Source: Myxococcota bacterium (lineage in GTDB: Bacteria > Myxococcota_A > Bradymonadia > UBA7976 > UBA1532). From it: 32,471 nucleotides of DNA. The stretch lies in the NCBI GenBank assembly GCA_036337435.1, contig JAYZEG010000029.1, forward strand, positions 1-32,471, given 5' to 3'. The notes beneath the pieces were generated by a model, which ran no database searches, was not told the DNA's origin, and saw only the letters and a list, made by a program, of their open reading frames with translations. Shown here piece after piece: positions 27,259 to 32,471 of this stretch. The stretch's first letter is position 1; the number at the start of each line of letters is the position of its first letter. A program made the translations under genes and the position numbers.

Positions 27259-29400
27259 TTACCGCTTTGTAAGGATGTGCATATCGGTCAAAATTGATTG
27301 GAGCTTGTCTCGGTTCGGGGTCACGAGCGCACACGTCCACAAAACTGCAGCGTTTGATGAGGGAGTCGTTGGGATCAGACCATTCTTTAAACGCCCGGAT
27401 TTACCATGTTTTGTGTCGCCAATCCGAGTGGTCAGGACGTCTTGCAAATCACTGAACTGGTCAAGCTTTAAGCGCCGGAGATGACCCTTGTTAAAGATCA
27501 TCCAGATCCCGGCTGCGCTCGGGTCAATCCGCCGCCCGATGCGCCGGGCGATGTGACCCATCGTTGGTCTTGGGTTCAGTTCCAATGGCGCGCGAACCTT
27601 AATCTCGTCGTCTACATCGCGAATCAAAATCAAATCGATACCGGCATAACCTGTAAATTGAGTTTGTCGAAAGTCTGGTCTGAGCCTGTCGACGATATTT
27701 TTGATGCTAGTCCAGAGCCAATTTGGATCCGCCTCTGCCTGAAAAATGAAGTGCCGCACGTTGGATGGACAGGTTCGGCCGACATCGTTCAGATAAGTTC
27801 CTAAATATTGACCCTGAGCATCGGTTTCGAAGTGGGTGAATTCCAATTCTCGAATGCAATAGTCCGAATCGACTCGAAACACACAAGAGATATCCATAAG
27901 CGTTTCATACCAAGGCTCAATGACCAGTTGTTTTTGTTTCCCAAGGGTCCGTTCAATCCACGTCTTAGCTTTTGGGTCGTTAAATAACTCCCCGGACACA
28001 CGCAGTGCATTTCGGCCAGCGGCACCGAATGGGGCTTTGACGACGGTTCTTGAGTACCCAGCGTTCATGAAATTGCCATGAATTCGAGTGATCGCCGCAA
28101 AGCTCTCCGCAATTTTCGGGAGGTTGCGCCTGACAAAATGTTGTCGACTCGATTTGGGGATTGAGTCTAGAAGTCTTGGTGTCTGTCTTGCAATCCAGGC
28201 CTTCGAGGTAATCTCTTGCTGACCCATCACTCGGCGATTGAAATCGATTCCCTGTCGTCTGATTTGGGTCCGTAAGGGCTCTAGTCGCTGCGCTAGACCC
28301 GGTGTCCATCCCCACGGTATTACGGCCTCGAATTGACGCTCTCGAAGCGGATTTTTCGAATCGTTGAAAGGCCCACAGTGTGTAACCAGCTCAGGGATGG
28401 GGAAACCATAGGTTTGAAGGCACTTCAAATAGGGGATCGGGACATCATGAGAAAGCAGAACTAGATCATCCTGCTTGGCCAGGAATATCGGCAGCACTCG
28501 GAGGTCGAGATTGACTCGCTCGAGAGTCCGGCTCAACTTTGTCGCACCCGGGTTTATAAGTTCGTCCTCAAAATTTGAATTGAAAATAAAAACATTGGGA
28601 GACCGACCACGGCTGTGATTAAAGACGGACAATCGGTCAATAAAATCTCGGTCTAGGCCAGCCCTCTCCCGGTAATGTTCATTGAAAATTGGGCCTTTTG
28701 CCCGTGCGGGTGTCATCGGGTAGGTCAGGTGCGCACAGTAATGTTGCCAAAGGCTTTTTGGCTCGATGAGTTTGCTTTTTAGGAATTGAACGCCGTGGCG
28801 AACATGGGCCACCTCGTCGCGTAAAACCTCTTCCATAATGGTCGCGCTTTTTGTGTCACCCATGTTGACGAATGCGTCTCTGTAGTAAATTGAGAAATCG
28901 ATGTTCGCCTGTTCTAGGGTCAGGCTCATCCCTGCAGAGAAATGCTCGGGCGATTCGGCTTGGCTCAGTAAATCCCAGAAGAACCCATTAAGGGCGGTTT
29001 CACCAAACTCTGTGCCGAGTTCTCGCATTCGATCGAGATAGAGCCGCATATGCTTTTGCTCGTCACGCATGGTTGCCACCAATTTTCGCCTGAATAGAGC
29101 TGGCGCATCTGGAAATCTGAGCAGTGTGAGTGCCATCAACTCCAGTGCCAGTAATTCGTGATTGGCAAAGAAATGAAGAGCCTTGCCTCGCTCGCTGTCC
29201 TTTTCTAGTTGTGCAATGGACGGAAAATGGGTTCGAGGTCGTTGCCCAACGTTGAGCCTCAGGCCAGCAGGCCGACCTGGCGTCACCTTTGTCCTCAGCG
29301 GTTGGCCACGTGCGGTGTCCGTCAGCCGTGGTGGTGCATAGAGTTTTTGCCCCATGGACTCACCGAACAAGATTTGCTCCGCAAATGCACGTGTCTCCAT
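27259..29400 (-). CDS. DUF455 ferritin-like (diiron) domain fused to an ATP-grasp domain
   Basis: N-terminal LHFFANHELLALE, DEQKH, EQANIDF and DEVAHV. C-terminal PWGW, VVKAPFGAAGRN, VIEPW, GIDL and ELNPRPTMG. The start is uncertain (29400, 29424 or 29550). Confidence 0.85.
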   Translation of the reverse strand: METRAFAEQILFGESMGQKLYAPPRLTDTARGQPLRTKVTPGRPAGLRLNVGQRPRTHFPSIAQLEKDSERGKALHFFANHELLALELMALTLLRFPDAPALFRRKLVATMRDEQKHMRLYLDRMRELGTEFGETALNGFFWDLLSQAESPEHFSAGMSLTLEQANIDFSIYYRDAFVNMGDTKSATIMEEVLRDEVAHVRHGVQFLKSKLIEPKSLWQHYCAHLTYPMTPARAKGPIFNEHYRERAGLDRDFIDRLSVFNHSRGRSPNVFIFNSNFEDELINPGATKLSRTLERVNLDLRVLPIFLAKQDDLVLLSHDVPIPYLKCLQTYGFPIPELVTHCGPFNDSKNPLRERQFEAVIPWGWTPGLAQRLEPLRTQIRRQGIDFNRRVMGQQEITSKAWIARQTPRLLDSIPKSSRQHFVRRNLPKIAESFAAITRIHGNFMNAGYSRTVVKAPFGAAGRNALRVSGELFNDPKAKTWIERTLGKQKQLVIEPWYETLMDISCVFRVDSDYCIRELEFTHFETDAQGQYLGTYLNDVGRTCPSNVRHFIFQAEADPNWLWTSIKNIVDRLRPDFRQTQFTGYAGIDLILIRDVDDEIKVRAPLELNPRPTMGHIARRIGRRIDPSAAGIWMIFNKGHLRRLKLDQFSDLQDVLTTRIGDTKHGKSGRLKNGLIPTTPSSNAAVLWTCALVTPNRDKLQSILTDMHILTKR

Positions 29401-29577
29401 AATGTCCGGCTCAGACTGATTCATGATTGGCCACGGTATCGACTGTATTTGCGGCGGTGGTCCGCTTTTGTGGGGCCGCTGATTTACAAAGAGAGCCCCA
29501 TGAACCCGTTGGGCGTCACGGGGCAAAGATTTATGGGCCGAATCGTCCATTGAGTGAACGGACGATTCGGCTTGGTT

Positions 29578-32471
29578 CTATTGTCGCTCAACCGGTGGTC
29601 GGCCACCACCACATTGCCATCCGCACTGACCACCCCCGATGTCCTGACTACATGTTGGGTTGCCAATACAAGCTGGTCGTTCGTACTCATTGCCAGCGAG
29701 CTCACAGTCCGCGACCTCCAAACATGTTCCATCGTCGCGGCAGACGCCGTCGCCGGCACAATACTCACCACCCGCGCAATCTCGATTGTTTTGGCACGGT
29801 TCGGCACAAAAACCAGGAAGGTCTGGGATAATTTGGTTGCGACTGGCGCACTGCAAGCTTGGGTCACATCGGTTTTGAGCGAATGGGGGTACAAAACCGC
29901 CGCAAGACTCCCCGGCTAGGCGATAGGGGACGCATGCGCTGATATCGAGGTTCTCTGTGGGGCGGCACCAGTCGGTTGCCGCACACTCCTCATCAGCTTG
30001 GCAGCCATTTTCTTGGCCGCAACCTCCGGGTGGACATGGCTCGCAGAGGCGTGCTTCGAGCACGCAGTCCCGGAGGCAAAAGCCCTGTCCGCCAGTGGCT
30101 GGATCGCACTGGCAGGAGGACGATGTACATCCAGGTTGTACGGCACCACATTGATAATTTTGGGGGCATGGATTGTCATCATCGCACAGTTGGTAGAGCC
30201 AGTCAGCGCACAAGTCTGGGCCGATGTTAACGCATTGACCATCGACACATTCTTGACCGGGATTGCACCGAACATTGTCACACGCATCGCCACCGCAGAG
30301 TCGTACTGACGTCGGATGCTCTGGCAAAAAACAAACGGGTCCATCGCCTGCCCAGCAATCTTCTCGGTCGCCCGGTTCACACCACGACCCGTTGACACAC
30401 TCGCCCGCCTCATCGCACGGGACGTCGTCTACGCAGCCACCGGGTGGGCATGGCTCGCATAGGCCAACATTGACCAAGCAGTCCTGTGTACAAATGCCAG
30501 CGAGGCCTGTCGCCTCATCGCACGCGCATGACCCTGAAACGCACCCGTCTTGAATCGGGCCACATTGGTAACCCGCTCGACAATCACCATCGTCACTACA
30601 GGGTTGATAGTACCAATCCGCGCATAAGTCTTCGACGGGTGGTGGATTGCATTGACAGATGACACAGCCGTTGTCGTCTTGTGCAAACCCATGCTCGCAA
30701 AATAAGGCGCACACAGGGCCGTCTGCACACTCCGGGTCATCCTGACACGTACCCGGGCAGTCAGCACCCCCTCGGTCCGGATCGCAATTGTCACCTGGAT
30801 TGTCCACACAGCTCTGACCATCGGGACAAATAGCCCCAAGGATGCCACCGCAGGGCTGACCTGGTTCCTCGCACGGCCCATCAGCGGCAACGCCAACACG
30901 CGCACACGCTGCTTCGCAATCGTTGTTATAGGTAATCCCATCGACGCCACAAACAGGGTCTAAAACTTCAGGGCACATACACGGTCCACACTGACCATTG
31001 TCGCAACTTAGTCCGACGGGGCACTCGGCATCGTCTCGACATTCAGCATTTGGGTTACACTCCGCCCAAGAGACACAGTCTCCGTAACAGCCGTTGATGA
31101 GCTCCGGGACTTGTCCGCGGGGACAGTTGGGCGCGAGACGTCTGCAATTTAATTGAACATCGTCCAGATTGCATAGGGGGTCGGCCACATTGCAGATTCC
31201 GTCGCCATCGGCATCTGCACATGCAGCGCAGCGTTCCTGAGAAATTGGGTGGTCGACGGCAAAACAAACAGGCATAGGGCCTTCCCAACACTCCGGACTG
31301 TCCTGGGCTTCACACCATGCGCCATCGACACATTCACCGGCATCGTCGCAGTTTGGTGGGGGGCACGGCCCTTCGCCAACGATGGCAACTCGGGCACAGT
31401 TCGCTTCGCAGTCATTTCCGTAGGTATTGCCATCAGCACCACAAACGGGTTGAAAAACCTGTGGGCAGATACAGGGTCCGCAAATCCCGGCAATACAGCT
31501 TTCTCCTGCTGGACAATCTGCATTGACTCGACACTGATCGTCATCCTGACCGCATTCAGCCCAAGACACGCATTGACCATAACAACCGTCGACCAATTCC
31601 GGGACTTGTCCGCGTGGACAATTGGGTGCGAGACGTCTGCAATTTAATTGAACATCGTCCAGATTGCAGAGGGGGTCGGCCACATTGCAGATACCGTCGC
31701 CATCGGCATCCGCACATGCAGCGCAGCGTTCCTGCGAAATTGGGTGGTCGACTGCAAAACAAACAGGCATAGGACCCTCCCAACACTCCGGACTATCCTG
31801 TGCTTCACACCACGCGCCATTGACGCATTCGCCCGCATCATCACAGTTGTCAATCCGATCGCAGACCCATCCGCATGAACCGCCGACGACTTCGAATTCG
31901 CAAACACCAGAGCCGATGCAATCCGGGTGGTCGTAATCATTACCCACGGTATTGCAATCGGCATTGGATAGGCAGGTTGAATCGTCTCTGCAGACCCCAT
32001 CCTCTGCACAGTATTGGCCCATGACGCATGCTGCGTTGTCCATGCATGGTTGGCTACAGATTCCCTGCAAATCTGGGATCTGTGGGTTTCGTTGAGCGCA
32101 GATTAAGCTTGGATCACAGCGTTCCCGTGTCCAGGGTAGAACAAAACCACCACATAGGCTGCCCTCTTCAACGAATGGGACACATTCCTGGATATTTTGA
32201 TCGGCTTCCGTTGGGCGGCACCACGTGCCAGCACCGCAATCTGCATCGTTGGCACATTCGGCACCGTCAGCCCCACCAGCACCGCCAACACCACCAGCAC
32301 CGCCTTCAGCTCCGGCCCCACCGGCTCCGCCAGCTCCGCCTTCAGCTCCGGCCCCACCGGCTCCGCCAGCTCCGCCTGCACCTCCAGCGCCACCCGCTCC
32401 GCCAGCAGCTCCCCCTCCCGCCGCGCCGGCTCCGCCTGCGGCTCCAGCGGCGCCGCGAGCGCCGGCAGCGG
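29578..32471 (-). CDS. Large Cys-rich extracellular mosaic protein (Kazal, antistasin-like and Dickkopf-like repeats, Gly/Ala linker), partial at 5' end
   Basis: I translated the frame of ORF 29578..32070 upstream and it stays open to the window end (...GGAGGAGAEGGAGGVGGAGGADGAECANDADCGAGTWCRPTEADQNIQEC...). It contains two Kazal motifs (CPxVxxPVCGxDGxTYxNxC) and an antistasin-like CALFCEHGFAQDDNGCVICQC. Confidence 0.88.
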   Translation of the reverse strand, partial: AAGARGAAGAAGGAGAAGGGAAGGAGGAGGAGGAGGAGGAGAEGGAGGAGGAGAEGGAGGVGGAGGADGAECANDADCGAGTWCRPTEADQNIQECVPFVEEGSLCGGFVLPWTRERCDPSLICAQRNPQIPDLQGICSQPCMDNAACVMGQYCAEDGVCRDDSTCLSNADCNTVGNDYDHPDCIGSGVCEFEVVGGSCGWVCDRIDNCDDAGECVNGAWCEAQDSPECWEGPMPVCFAVDHPISQERCAACADADGDGICNVADPLCNLDDVQLNCRRLAPNCPRGQVPELVDGCYGQCVSWAECGQDDDQCRVNADCPAGESCIAGICGPCICPQVFQPVCGADGNTYGNDCEANCARVAIVGEGPCPPPNCDDAGECVDGAWCEAQDSPECWEGPMPVCFAVDHPISQERCAACADADGDGICNVADPLCNLDDVQLNCRRLAPNCPRGQVPELINGCYGDCVSWAECNPNAECRDDAECPVGLSCDNGQCGPCMCPEVLDPVCGVDGITYNNDCEAACARVGVAADGPCEEPGQPCGGILGAICPDGQSCVDNPGDNCDPDRGGADCPGTCQDDPECADGPVCALFCEHGFAQDDNGCVICQCNPPPVEDLCADWYYQPCSDDGDCRAGYQCGPIQDGCVSGSCACDEATGLAGICTQDCLVNVGLCEPCPPGGCVDDVPCDEAGECVNGSWCEPGDREDCWAGDGPVCFLPEHPTSVRLCGGDACDNVRCNPGQECVDGQCVNIGPDLCADWLYQLCDDDNPCPQNYQCGAVQPGCTSSSCQCDPATGGQGFCLRDCVLEARLCEPCPPGGCGQENGCQADEECAATDWCRPTENLDISACVPYRLAGESCGGFVPPFAQNRCDPSLQCASRNQIIPDLPGFCAEPCQNNRDCAGGEYCAGDGVCRDDGTCLEVADCELAGNEYERPACIGNPTCSQDIGGGQCGWQCGGGRPPVERQ
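31060..31850. repeat. Intragenic direct duplication: about 295-bp near-identical cores with a 495-bp period
   Basis: TCTGCAATTTAATTGAACATCGTCCAGATTGCA occurs at 31141 and at 31636. The cores span about 31060-31353 and about 31555-31848. Confidence 0.95.
32305..32376. repeat. Exact 36-bp tandem repeat (x2) within the Gly/Ala low-complexity linker
   Basis: TTCAGCTCCGGCCCCACCGGCTCCGCCAGCTCCGCC at 32305 and 32341, encoding GGAGGAGGAGAE on the minus strand. Confidence 0.9.

Noticed and set aside
31060..31850. Duplicated segment as a DGR template/variable repeat pair or a CRISPR array
   Set aside because: Both copies are in frame in one gene, the differences are mostly synonymous and not adenine-specific, and there is no reverse transcriptase, cas gene or repeat-spacer pattern.
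29484..32009. Many overlapping short ORFs in the Cys-rich region
   Set aside because: By-products of biased codon use and internal repeats of the single long gene.
32103..32393. 96-aa ORF with AELAEPVGPELK repeats
   Set aside because: Alternative frame of the Gly/Ala linker of the Cys-rich gene.

Overview
Gene-dense, moderately GC-rich chromosomal segment, most likely from a Myxococcota-like (deltaproteobacterial) bacterium. This is an inference from the many lipoproteins, the DUF1592/DUF1552 pair, the Cys-rich GGA-linker surface protein and the MinD plus J-HTH pair. About 25 CDS are supported. The left half is mostly housekeeping: fadN end, fadA, two lipoproteins, coaD, rsmD, an orphan membrane histidine kinase, a MinD-like ATPase with a J-like/HTH partner, oligopeptidase B, trmI, a GNAT, msrA and clpB. 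The right half is mostly envelope or secreted proteins: an M15 peptidase, two unknown exported proteins, a Tat-signal CrtU-like flavoprotein, DUF952, an outer-membrane barrel, a DUF1592-DUF1552-lipoprotein operon, a DUF455 ferritin-like/ATP-grasp fusion and a large Cys-rich Kazal/antistasin mosaic protein that runs off the window end. I saw no rRNA, tRNA, CRISPR array or mobile element. The best leads are the diiron/ATP-grasp fusion, the DUF1592/DUF1552 module, the apparently degenerate MinD/J-domain pair, a ClpB with a remodelled DnaK-binding M-domain tip and the Tat-exported CrtU-like enzyme. All family assignments come from motif recognition by eye, not from database searches.
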